From assembly GCA_963666365.2 (NCBI GenBank), contig CAXXNF010000002.1, positions 512,001 through 576,000 on the forward strand: DNA of 64,000 nt. The letters run 5' to 3'. Positions 50,441-60,022 of this stretch are shown piece after piece. Source of the DNA: Syntrophales bacterium (lineage in GTDB: Bacteria; Desulfobacterota; Syntrophia; Syntrophales; UBA2210). How positions within the stretch are numbered: position 1 is the first letter of the stretch; each line of letters starts with the position of its first letter. The notes beneath the pieces are model-generated. The model made no database searches, was not told the DNA's origin, and saw only the letters and a list, made by a program, of their open reading frames with translations. A program made the position numbers and the translations under genes.

Positions 50441-52213
50441 CCTAAATTCCCGGCTTAATGTAACGAGGTTGGCGGGGCGATCCCCATTGCCTCATAAAGT
50501 TCGATTTGTTTCTTTGTCACTTCACCTACGCGAAGTTCATACCCCGGGTACTCAAAGCATTCAATGATGTCCAGTTCATCCAGAAGCTCATGCATCGTAT
50601 ATTTTTTGAAAAGATTTCCATCTTGCATCTTCTTTTTGAGATAAGAAAGAAAAATAAGCGCGATAAATTCCACAAACAGCTTGCCGTCCAGACTTTGATC
50701 GGAGGACACCGCCATGCGGTTGAAATTCAGTCGCTCTTTCAGATTTCCGAAGGCCTTTTCCACAAGATCCTTGTTCCGGTATATTTCCAGGGCTGCGATA
50801 GGTTCCCTGACCTCGTTGCTGAGTAACACAAAAAATCCATAATTCTTTCGTGCATCAAGAAGAGCATCCTCTCTGGCAATAACCTTTGTCCCTCTTACCG
50901 GGGTGGTGGTGACATCAAAATATTTGGCGTACAGCCTGTCGTGTTCCGGAAGGGTTGCGCCGCCTTCCAATTCCTCCTGCAGACGACAAAGCAGGGCGTT
51001 GAAGTTCTTTTCATCCTCCAATGCCCGTTCACTGTTAAAATAGAGGTGCATATACATCCGGCGTTTTCCCTTAAGAATATCGCCCTTGTAAGGACGCTCC
51101 TGAGAATAGTCCCATTCTATCTTCGTGGTGCAGGCATAAAGATCATGTTTCTGATTATAGTGTGTCCAGGTACGGAGTGAATCGCGCACATTATCCAGTT
51201 CGGTCTTTACGAATTTCAACGACTTCTTTGCGGCAATCAGGAATTTCAAATGATTCCGGTACAGGTCGTTGATATTGTCCTCGCTGTAGAATCCCCTGTC
51301 CATAACCAGCTTGATCTTGTCGTACCCAAAGAAATCGATGTCAGCCAGAAGGTTCTTCACTGTCTTCACATCGGGAATGTTGCCTGCAAGTTTTCGGTAG
51401 TAAAAAGGAAGATTGGATTCCTCCCCGAACAATAACGCGAGATTGATCTGCGGAAGCGGCTCATGATCCTTGTTCATCCCGTATCTGACCTGGCTTAAGC
51501 ATCTGGAATAGCTCGATATGGAGGTCGTATCATAGGCCCAGTACTCTTTCTCGACTCGCCGTCTTCCCTGCAGCCGGAAAAACCGATTCTTGTCGTCTTC
51601 GGTAATAGATGCGAACAACTCACTGCTCCTCTGAGAAGGGATGTTTCTGCCGTAAGGATGCCTATGCGTGGCTGCCCATTTCGGAAAACGGCTCAAGGGG
51701 TTCCTGTCCTCCATGATGAGGTAGTATGCCGTGGACAAAATCTGTTTGTATGTGCCGGGAAAGCATTTTTTCAAATCCGCGGCAATCCCGAGCTTCTCGC
51801 CGATGGCGTCAAAAAGGTATGTTGCCCCGTAAAAACTGCGGGATACATTCTCGATAGGGACCGGACCTCTTTTATGGACTTTGTCATGATTGCCGGGATC
51901 AGTGGCAACCACCCTTTTTCTGGTCGGGATGATCTCCTTTGTCTCGGGATCAACCCGTCCGATGCATCTACGTGTGGCACGAGACTGCTTTTTCTCTTTA
52001 TCCCAGTAGGATAGCGATTCATAGGCATAGGTAATTCCCGTCTGCTTGCTGGTCTGATACACAATCGCCGCCATTGAGCACCCCCCCCTTTTTTATCATC
52101 GTTACATTATGCTTAACATGTAACGAGACTCAAATCAAGGAAAAATGCTCCGATCTATTAATGTTTATTCGGCTTTTATGCCTTTCATCGTTACATTATA
52201 CCGGGAAGGCAGG
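50441..52213 (-). mobile_element. IS1634-family insertion sequence, 1773 bp
   Basis: Terminal IRs CCTAAATTCCCGGCTTAATGTAACGA and (reverse complement) CCTGCCTTCCCGGTATAATGTAACGA; 6-bp target duplication TTAGAA at 50435-50440 and 52214-52219. Confidence 0.92.
50455..52074 (-). CDS. IS1634-family DDE transposase
   Basis: YDTTSISSYS, G.NKD...LPQINL, GNIPDV, VMDRGFYS, Y..KD.VEK.F..LK; intact 539 aa. Confidence 0.93.
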   Translation of the reverse strand: MAAIVYQTSKQTGITYAYESLSYWDKEKKQSRATRRCIGRVDPETKEIIPTRKRVVATDPGNHDKVHKRGPVPIENVSRSFYGATYLFDAIGEKLGIAADLKKCFPGTYKQILSTAYYLIMEDRNPLSRFPKWAATHRHPYGRNIPSQRSSELFASITEDDKNRFFRLQGRRRVEKEYWAYDTTSISSYSRCLSQVRYGMNKDHEPLPQINLALLFGEESNLPFYYRKLAGNIPDVKTVKNLLADIDFFGYDKIKLVMDRGFYSEDNINDLYRNHLKFLIAAKKSLKFVKTELDNVRDSLRTWTHYNQKHDLYACTTKIEWDYSQERPYKGDILKGKRRMYMHLYFNSERALEDEKNFNALLCRLQEELEGGATLPEHDRLYAKYFDVTTTPVRGTKVIAREDALLDARKNYGFFVLLSNEVREPIAALEIYRNKDLVEKAFGNLKERLNFNRMAVSSDQSLDGKLFVEFIALIFLSYLKKKMQDGNLFKKYTMHELLDELDIIECFEYPGYELRVGEVTKKQIELYEAMGIAPPTSLH

Positions 52214-52246
52214 TTAGAAAGAGAATTGCAGAAATAGAAGTAAGGC

Positions 52247-52310
52247 TCATAACAAGACGCTTTCAGACGGACGCGCAAAAAGCCGCGCACTGCTGAAGCG
52301 CACGTTATAT
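52247..52310 (+). mobile_element. attC site
   Basis: TCATAAC-aagaCGCTTTCAG...GCGC-aaaaagcc-GCGC...CTGAAGCG-cac-GTTATAT. Confidence 0.82.
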
Positions 52311-52334
52311 TTGAGAAAATCATCAGGAGTATAG

Positions 52335-52718
52335 ATGGACGATTTATCTAAGCAAATTGCAGAAAAGGTTGTTGATACAAAGTATTTTACTGCCGTAATA
52401 GGTTTTCTCGGTGTCATCATTGGAGCGGCTATAAGTATCTTGGGAAACATAATCCTTCACAAACTTTCCGCAAAAAAGGAAAGGCAACATGAGATTCTAA
52501 AAAAAGAATTAGCCAGACTCTACTGGCCGGAGGAGATAGTTGGGGAAATGGCTGAATTGGCGGGGAGCTATCAATTGGATGATCATTTGAGAAATGAGTT
52601 TAAAAAAAGGGTTCAAAAACCCATTATTGCGGCGGGAACTTTCCGAAAACATCCAAGGCTCAAACAAACAATTAGAGATTTGAACCAATACGCTATGATG
52701 CTTTTCTTTCAGAACTGA
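52335..52718 (+). CDS. Hypothetical membrane protein (gene cassette)
   Basis: AT-rich ORF with RBS AGGAG and one TM (AVIGFLGVIIGAAISILG), bounded by matching GTTATATTT / AAATATAAC. Confidence 0.7.
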   Translation: MDDLSKQIAEKVVDTKYFTAVIGFLGVIIGAAISILGNIILHKLSAKKERQHEILKKELARLYWPEEIVGEMAELAGSYQLDDHLRNEFKKRVQKPIIAAGTFRKHPRLKQTIRDLNQYAMMLFFQN

Positions 52719-52741
52719 AAATAGTGCTTGATGGCATCAAA

Positions 52742-52802
52742 ATATAACAAGGCATTTGAGCCAATTCACATTCAACGCATCTAGCTCAATTCTATGTTAA
52801 CG
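52742..52802 (+). mobile_element. Degenerate attC site
   Basis: ATATAAC-aaggcATTTGAGC...GCTCAAT-tctat-GTTAACG; the central stem is eroded. Confidence 0.65.
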
Positions 52803-53086
52803 ATTTCCAAATGTAATCTTATATTTTTTCTTCACGCCTTGTTTTACTTCTTTCAGGAAGGCATCATCAAATCATTGCAGTCACCAATCCTAGAAAGCGG
52901 GCGGGGTTGAGATGATGATTACCGATTCAAAGAGAGACATTTACCGAAGATAAAACTGACTGCCACCTTTTCTAGCTACCTGTAGGAAGCGATCTTACCT
53001 TTTTCGGCTGGATTGATATTTTCAAGTACCCATCTTTACCCCCTGCCAGACCTTGGGCGCATGTCGGCACTGATCCCAGGGTTGAC

Positions 53087-53492
53087 TCAATGTATGTACC
53101 TGACGGCACGAACATAGTATTCATCAAAGGTCTTCGGTTCGAGGCCGGTGGCTCCAGAAGGAGCCACGAGCCAGGCAAGCTCAGGAGGTTCGGTGGTATC
53201 CGACCAATATCCGTAGCTGATCACGTAAAGCTAATTCATCACTGCTCGGCAGCCGCCAGTCTGAATGACCGCCTAAAGAAAGACTGGAAGCATAACTCAT
53301 GGCAGTATGCCAGTCCATCGGACCAGCCGTTGCCTTCTGCCACATCAGACCAGCACCCTTGTCCGTCACGGTCCCGTCTCCGTTATCCACGCACTGCTGG
53401 GCAAGGACCGTCCCGGACATGACCAGTCCGGTCAGACAGAGCATGAATGCCAGGGCCACTGTTGTGAAAATCTTTCTCCACATTTTCCGCAT
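53087..53492 (-). pseudogene. Frameshifted DUF1566 (Lcl/C-type lectin-like) paralog
   Basis: N-terminal part nearly identical to 53630-54073. A 5-nt loss after GAATTAG shifts the frame; the other frame continues YW.DTT....AWLV...YYVRAVR to TGA at 53087. Confidence 0.8.
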
Positions 53493-53629
53493 GTCGATAC
53501 TCCTTGATGATATTGAATGATCTTCACAAGCTGAATGCCTTCAGCCTTCTGATTTGGCTGGATGAGTCTGTCTTCAGCGACAACCCTATCTAATAAAAGG
53601 GCCAAATCACCGAAGAATCAAATCAACGA

Positions 53630-54073
53630 TCACTGTCCGGAACGAACCGCCCGCACATAGTAGCTAAGCGACTTATCGCCGTAGTAGGCGCTGCCGGGGC
53701 CGAAATGGACGAGCCACGCGCCGCTCGGAAGGGTGGGGTGGGTATCAGACGACCAGTAGTTGGAAAACACCACTTCCATTATAGATTTACAGGGTGAACG
53801 GTAAAGTCTCTCTAATTCAATCCTGCTCGGCAGCCGCCAGTCTGAATGACCGCCTAAAGAAAGACTGGAAGCATAAATCATGGCATCATACCAGTTCATC
53901 GAACCAGCCGTTGCCTTCTGCCACATCAGACCAGCACCATTGTCCGTCACGGTCCCGTCTCCGTTATCCACACACGTCATCTGGGCAAGGACCGTCCCGG
54001 ACATGGCCAGTCCGGTCAGACAGAGCATGAATGCCAGGGCCACTGTTGTGAAAATCTTTTTCCACATTTTCAT
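53630..54073 (-). CDS. Secreted DUF1566 (Lcl domain) protein, DGR-target type
   Basis: Signal peptide, DNGDGTVTD..GLMWQ, DWRLP...EL, YWSS, AW.V.F..G, YVRAVR.GQ. Confidence 0.9.
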   Translation of the reverse strand: MKMWKKIFTTVALAFMLCLTGLAMSGTVLAQMTCVDNGDGTVTDNGAGLMWQKATAGSMNWYDAMIYASSLSLGGHSDWRLPSRIELERLYRSPCKSIMEVVFSNYWSSDTHPTLPSGAWLVHFGPGSAYYGDKSLSYYVRAVRSGQ

Positions 54074-54667
54074 GACGTTCCTCCTTTTCGTGTGGTTGAG
54101 GGGTGTGAGCTTACTCGTGGCGTTCCGAACAGAATCCCGTCCTTGTCAAACCGGGCTGCGGACCGCCCTCCTTCATCATCATTGATGAAAACCGAGGCGT
54201 GATGCGCATAGTTTCAAGCAAGATAATTACCCTAACGGAGCGGCTATGTCACACCTTTTTTGCTCTTTGGGCACGAATTATGGTTTGAAACATTGTGTTT
54301 CTGCGGCGGTCGGCACTTATTGACTACAGGAAGGAATCGGTCAAAACGCCAGAGTATGAATTTCGAAAACTCAGCTGATGGCAAAAAAAAAGAGTTACAC
54401 CTACGAGTCCTTTAATCATTGACAGGATGCAATCAATAATTACCGATTGAAATATGGGATATGCTTAAAACTTATTGACAAAACCACTTAAAGGGTTTAA
54501 TCATTCGCCAGTTGTCTTATATTTTCCTTATTCACTACCATGCTTTAACCGATTATAATGAAGGAGTAAGGATGGTTTGATCTACCAGCGCTGTTTCTCA
54601 AACAGCGCATCCAATGTTCCCTTATGAGCCGCTGTTCAATTCAGGAAACAACGAAATGAAGGTGGTT

Positions 54668-55150
54668 ATGAAAAAAGTCTTTATGAAGCTCATGGTTCCA
54701 GTGCTTCTCTTTTGCTTGATTGGTCCGGTCCGGATACCAACGGAAAATGCCTACACGTACGCCTTTCCCTTCCTTCCCCAATACCAACCGGGTTCGCAGG
54801 AAGAGCTTATTCGCGAGGTAGGATGGGACCGGATCTTTTTCGACTATCAGTCAGTATCCATTCGCCCCGACCAGAGATACACGGTAGATAAATTGGTCAC
54901 GTGGCTCCATAATCACCCCAATGTGTACATGTGGTTGGAAGGACATGCCTCCGAAAACGAAGGCAGCAGAGATGAATGTCTGCCCTTGGGTGAAAGAAGG
55001 GCTGAGAGTGTTAAGGAATACCTCGTTGAGAGAGGCGTCAGTTCTTCAAGACTGTCCACCATTTCCTACGGTAGGGGAAGGCCTGCGGTGGTGGGCGACA
55101 ATGAGAATTATTGGGTGCAAAACAGACGAGTAATGTTCGTTGTGCGCTAA
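54668..55150 (+). CDS. OmpA/Pal-like peptidoglycan-binding domain protein
   Basis: IFFDY, LEGHA, LGERRAESVK.YL, ISYG..RP, NRRV; N-terminal hydrophobic signal. Start uncertain (54614, 54656 or 54668). Confidence 0.85.
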   Translation: MKKVFMKLMVPVLLFCLIGPVRIPTENAYTYAFPFLPQYQPGSQEELIREVGWDRIFFDYQSVSIRPDQRYTVDKLVTWLHNHPNVYMWLEGHASENEGSRDECLPLGERRAESVKEYLVERGVSSSRLSTISYGRGRPAVVGDNENYWVQNRRVMFVVR

Positions 55151-55699
55151 AAGCGACCGGCGGATCGTGCAATCTATCTCGAGTTTGCGGCCGGCGGTGC
55201 TCCATTTCGTGCTCACGTGCTCAGCCACAACAGAAATTCATTAGATCCATGTGATTAAAACGAATATCTAAAGCTGTGGGCGGGATCGGGCCATGATGAT
55301 ATGTTTTATGCAGTTCCATTTAGCTTTCCCCACATAGTACATTCCGGGGACAGTACACTTAATTCAGATTTTTCCTTTAACCCCTGGGAATACATCACAG
55401 ACTTGCTTCGTCAAATCATGAGCCATCCTTTCAATCCCTGCGAGAAAATAATGTAAACGGTTCACAGAATTGTCTTCTAAAATCAATATCTCCCTTTGTC
55501 CACATATTTACAGAAGGAGGCGTGCGGCGCCTTTCAAGAATTTCAAATAGCGGTCAGTTTTCCATTGACATGGCGCCGCTTTTCCCTATACATCTCTCAA
55601 GGCACGTCAGTTCCACTGTATAATTGAGTAATATCAAGGTATTTTGGTGAACAATTCGATATTTTTCTTAACATGATTCATGATGGAGGAGGGACTCTC

Positions 55700-58600
55700 A
55701 TGGGTTTTGTGCACCGGAGAAGACAATGCGAACGGGACGATATGTCTTGCCCTGACACCTATGGATTACAGCCGATGTATTGTAAGATTCCGTTTCAGAT
55801 TTTCATTGTCGCCATATTTCTGCTTTTTTCTGCCCTATCCTCATATGCGGACATCGCTTCGCTGGAGGCCGAAATCGCCGATATCGACAATCAGATCAGC
55901 GCTCTGAACAGGCAGGTCTCGGCTCTGGATGCCGAAATCGACGAACTCACTGCCGGCATGGAAGAGGCGCGGGATTACATGATTGATTTCGGCACGCGCA
56001 ATGACTGGCTCTTGAGTGAATACAAACAGCACCGGCGACTGTTGCGGCTCTACCAGGGCCGCGAGATTCAACTCGACATGTCCTATATGGATTTTTTTGA
56101 AGCCAAGAACACATGGGAGGAAAGCAGCGATCCGGCGGTGCGCAGGGAGCAGGTCATTATCATGTTCCGATTCCTCTACGGGTACGACAGAGAACCGGGC
56201 CAGTGGGAACTGAATCCCAACACACAGCAGGATTTTGTGGACATGGCCGATCTGATCGTGCGCAAAAAGGCCGTGGCGAGGATCGGTGAGGCACTGGTGC
56301 TTCTGGGAGGGCTTACGGACGAACTGGTGGACGCCGTCACGGGCGTCCCTCAGAACATGAAGGAGGCTGTGTACGAGGCCATTGAATTTACGGCTACTGC
56401 CACACTGAGGATTCTTCCCGAGGAAACGGTCAATGCCTTGAACGATACCTGTATTCAATACGCCCCCTGGCTGGAATCCCAGCAGGCGCGTGCGGAAAGT
56501 CTGAAAAGCGAGCTGAACGCAATCCGGGACAGGGACGAATACGGCGGTGAAGACGGACGTCTCGAAGCCCTGGAAAAGACCAGGGACCTGATCGCGCTGG
56601 AACAAGAGGTGCTGGATAAACTGAAACCAGAGATGGAGGCCTACCGATCCCGCAAGGCGACAGTGGAGGCCAATTTTGCCGCTGTACAGAAGGAAAAAAA
56701 CGAAAAGACAGGGGAGCGTGACGGTCTTCGCAAAAGCATACGCCAGCTCACACAGGAGAGGATCGACAAACAGTTTCAGATCAGACGACTTCAGGAACAG
56801 CAGGCCATCGCTGAGAACGGTGGGCCGGTTAACTACGTGGAGAACCTCTCGATAGGCATAACCAGCGATATCATAGCACTCGATGCCGTCTCGTCAGCCC
56901 TGCTGGACCTTCCCCTTTACACCACACTGTCCGCCATGGCGGACTATGTTACCACGGCGGCTGCAGTGTGCAGCTATCCCATTGGCGAAGGTCTGGTTGA
57001 TTACGAAACATACTACATAAAAAAAACCTTTTCCGCGCCGGTGGCCGAGCCCTCGTGGAAAAAATCTGAAGCATCAGGCGATGTCGCCATCACCGATAAC
57101 CAGGCCCGTGGCGCCGAGGCCGGTTCTGTTCTCCTCCAGGCGGTGCTTTCGCCGATGTTTGAGGGTTATACTTTGGCACCCTGCGAGCACTGTACCGACA
57201 CTTTCAGCTATGAACCCTACGGCAGCGGGGAAAAAGTTTCCGGTGCGGTGTCGATCAAGGTGCGAAAGGTTGAGGACACCCTGTTTTTGCCGTCCTACTA
57301 TTACACAAAGGAAAACCAGTCAGGCAAGACGGAAGAAGAGATCTTCGCCTCCATGAAAAGCGCCGCCGCGACATACGGAACAGGCATCGATCTCTTTGTA
57401 GACGGCGAAGTCCAGAAGACCGGCAGGGCATATCTTTTTTACACAGTAGTCAATGACGACGGCGTCGTGGATATGAACACCCTGTGGGAAGTTGAGATAG
57501 CGCCCGTCGGCGATCAGGATTCATTCGAGATCGAAAACCAGATGAAGGTCCTGGGGCAGGGGACCCTTACGCTGGCGCCGGTGCTGTTGGACAAGGACGG
57601 GGTGCAGGTGCCGGTCGGGAGCGTCAATGGTCTTACGGTTACGGGAAACGAGGTCGAACCCACTCTCAACACCAACGGTTCCTCGGATCTGACCCCCGCG
57701 GAAGATGCTCTCATTGTCATCAACGAACCCGCCCGGTTTTCCATCTCGGTAAAGGGACCGGCAAACATGACCCGGTATGAGGTGAAATGGCGGTATTTCA
57801 GCCGGGAGGATGAAGATGATTCCGATGGTTGGGCGGTCTTCGACCGCCATGACGGCGCAGCCGTAACGGACTATTCGGGTGATTCCGGCAGCTGGGTGTC
57901 CGTCAACCCCGTGACCCTTACGGACCCCGCCGATTACAACCGTGACTACAAGGTCGAATTCGAAATCTGCCGGAAATATGATGGAGTGACAGTCTATTCG
58001 GGCGCATTCGAGAATCTGAGAAGTATTGTCAAGGGGAAACGGTTTTTCCTGGCGGACAGGTCGACAGGCCAGGTATTCCCGGGCAGAAATTTCTTTTTCA
58101 ACAGCTCTACCGGCTGGGCAAACCCCTTCTCACGCCAGAATCTGGAACTGCGTCTTGATCTGGGTGGTGATCAGAACGTTTTGGTTCCCCTCACGGACCT
58201 CATGCAGGGACTCCTGTACGGCGTCAATTCGGCAGAAGAGCTGGATCTGGGCGTGATCGAGATCAAAGAGAATGCCACCACAGGGGAGCGGTATATGTAT
58301 ACCTCACTCTCCAGCGACGGCGCCAGTGGCCGCGTCGAGCTCGGTCTTTACAGGATCAGGGATGCCGATGCCGACAGTCTCTTGAGCGAGCTTGGTGTGG
58401 TGGTTGAAAGAACCGCGATCACGGCCATGACCATCATCGACGTGAATCACTTCAAGATCAGTTACCGGGAGACGGACCTGGGCACTCAGTATGTGGCCAA
58501 GGTATACGCGCCTCTATCCCTGGAAGACTTCACGGCCCGCTGGACTTTTTTTGACGGAACCGTTGAAGAAACATCCTTTGCCGGTGCGGGACTGATCCAG

Positions 58601-59962
58601 GAAAGCCTTACTCCCATGACCAGAGGGCTGAAACTGTTCGAACTGGTCAACCCGGCGGGCGTTGTCGTCGGTCGGTTGGGGTTTCTGAGCGGCAGCACCA
58701 CCTCTTATACCAACAGGGTCTATCAGGAAGTCAGAACGACCTTCAGAATCACCACGGAATACCGCTGGGATGATGAATCACAGACGCATGCAGGTCAGCT
58801 CATTTCACTGGATAAGCATGAAGTGTATAACCAGTTTGAGCTTGATTTTGAGTTCCCCGCCGGCTTCCCGGAGGTGGCGGTGAAGACGGTTGGCGAGCTC
58901 GAAGATACCTCACTGCCGGTGGTAAAAAATGTAACGGTGTCCGGAGAGGGCCTTCTTTTTGACGTCATTATGCCCTCTGCCGGTTTTTACACCACACTGA
59001 CCGTACTCGAAGCCCCGGCCTCGGGGACCGCGGCTATCGACGGCATCCACGCAGCATACACCCCCGTAACCGGGTTCAACGGGACCGACCGTTTTGTAAT
59101 ACGGGTGGACGGTACGGAATGCTCCGCCAGCTCCGACGCGCATTACTACAATCTTGAGGTGGAAACAGACTATTCCGACGCCCGTCCCGTGGTCCGTTTC
59201 ACACAGATCTTCACCCCCACCGGCGGGGGTTCCGGCATCGAAGTGATCTTCATGAACGCCGAAGGTCAGGCTCCGGCCGTGAGCCTCGTGACCCCGCCCG
59301 AGGCCTCCGATCAACTTACCGTCAAGAATATGACCGATGAGGATGAGGCCGAGGTGGAGGGGGGAGTGGACATAAGTACCCATTCAATCGAGGTTGACTC
59401 ACGACATACCTTCACCCTGGGGTTCAGCATGCCCGGAGGTTCATCGGGAAACGCGGTGGTAACCCTGTGGTACTACGCCCCCTATCCAGAGTTTTTTGCA
59501 TACAAAAACCAGGATTACAGTATCCCGCCCCGGATGATCCTGTACCGGTTTTTCGAGCGATATGAAAAGGGCGCCCAGTTGATCCGCGATATCCAGGCAA
59601 GTTCCGGGAGCGGCAGCCTGTATCTCAATGGCGTCCTTCTGGGCGGTGAGAACCAGATCCCCAAAGGCGATCTCCGGAACCTGATCTTCAGGCCCGCCGC
59701 GGATTACACCGGACCCGTGACTCTGACCTTCTACGGCTCCGAGGACGGGGAAACATGGTCCTATCAGCAGAGTCTCGGGGGGCTTGTCCTGGACCGGGAT
59801 GGAATGACGGAACTCGATGAAGTGATATGGGTGCTGCAGGTCCTCACCGGTCTTTCCGTTTCTCCTCCGGAAGGATCAACAGCCGCCTGTCGCAGCGACG
59901 ACGGGAAACCCGGTGTTGCCGAGGCAATTTACTTTCTCCAGAGGGCCGCAGGTCTACGGTAA
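55700..59962 (+). CDS. Large secreted protein: coiled-coil N-terminus, beta/Ig-like body, C-terminal dockerin-like duplicated motif
   Basis: Signal peptide ending SSYA (from Met at 55775), heptad repeats, YTP..GF.GTD.F Ig/cadherin-like motif, tail D.DG..EL.EVI..LQVL.G...DDGK.GV.EAIY.LQ..AGLR. Start uncertain. Confidence 0.75.
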   Translation: MGFVHRRRQCERDDMSCPDTYGLQPMYCKIPFQIFIVAIFLLFSALSSYADIASLEAEIADIDNQISALNRQVSALDAEIDELTAGMEEARDYMIDFGTRNDWLLSEYKQHRRLLRLYQGREIQLDMSYMDFFEAKNTWEESSDPAVRREQVIIMFRFLYGYDREPGQWELNPNTQQDFVDMADLIVRKKAVARIGEALVLLGGLTDELVDAVTGVPQNMKEAVYEAIEFTATATLRILPEETVNALNDTCIQYAPWLESQQARAESLKSELNAIRDRDEYGGEDGRLEALEKTRDLIALEQEVLDKLKPEMEAYRSRKATVEANFAAVQKEKNEKTGERDGLRKSIRQLTQERIDKQFQIRRLQEQQAIAENGGPVNYVENLSIGITSDIIALDAVSSALLDLPLYTTLSAMADYVTTAAAVCSYPIGEGLVDYETYYIKKTFSAPVAEPSWKKSEASGDVAITDNQARGAEAGSVLLQAVLSPMFEGYTLAPCEHCTDTFSYEPYGSGEKVSGAVSIKVRKVEDTLFLPSYYYTKENQSGKTEEEIFASMKSAAATYGTGIDLFVDGEVQKTGRAYLFYTVVNDDGVVDMNTLWEVEIAPVGDQDSFEIENQMKVLGQGTLTLAPVLLDKDGVQVPVGSVNGLTVTGNEVEPTLNTNGSSDLTPAEDALIVINEPARFSISVKGPANMTRYEVKWRYFSREDEDDSDGWAVFDRHDGAAVTDYSGDSGSWVSVNPVTLTDPADYNRDYKVEFEICRKYDGVTVYSGAFENLRSIVKGKRFFLADRSTGQVFPGRNFFFNSSTGWANPFSRQNLELRLDLGGDQNVLVPLTDLMQGLLYGVNSAEELDLGVIEIKENATTGERYMYTSLSSDGASGRVELGLYRIRDADADSLLSELGVVVERTAITAMTIIDVNHFKISYRETDLGTQYVAKVYAPLSLEDFTARWTFFDGTVEETSFAGAGLIQESLTPMTRGLKLFELVNPAGVVVGRLGFLSGSTTSYTNRVYQEVRTTFRITTEYRWDDESQTHAGQLISLDKHEVYNQFELDFEFPAGFPEVAVKTVGELEDTSLPVVKNVTVSGEGLLFDVIMPSAGFYTTLTVLEAPASGTAAIDGIHAAYTPVTGFNGTDRFVIRVDGTECSASSDAHYYNLEVETDYSDARPVVRFTQIFTPTGGGSGIEVIFMNAEGQAPAVSLVTPPEASDQLTVKNMTDEDEAEVEGGVDISTHSIEVDSRHTFTLGFSMPGGSSGNAVVTLWYYAPYPEFFAYKNQDYSIPPRMILYRFFERYEKGAQLIRDIQASSGSGSLYLNGVLLGGENQIPKGDLRNLIFRPAADYTGPVTLTFYGSEDGETWSYQQSLGGLVLDRDGMTELDEVIWVLQVLTGLSVSPPEGSTAACRSDDGKPGVAEAIYFLQRAAGLR

Positions 59963-60022
59963 TCACCCGGCAGCTGATGTCCTGCCGCACAGACAGGAAC
60001 AGAATTTTAGAGGGATGAAGCA

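Noticed and set aside
53087..53260. Second DUF1566 copy as the DGR template repeat
   Set aside because: It is not AAC-rich, and its differences from the first copy include indels and non-adenine changes.
54268..54285. sigma54-like GGCACGAATTATGG
   Set aside because: It lacks the -12 GC dinucleotide.
55345..55366. GGGGACAGTACACTTAATT, reminiscent of REP/MITE ends
   Set aside because: It is a single copy with no partner repeat or transposase in the window.
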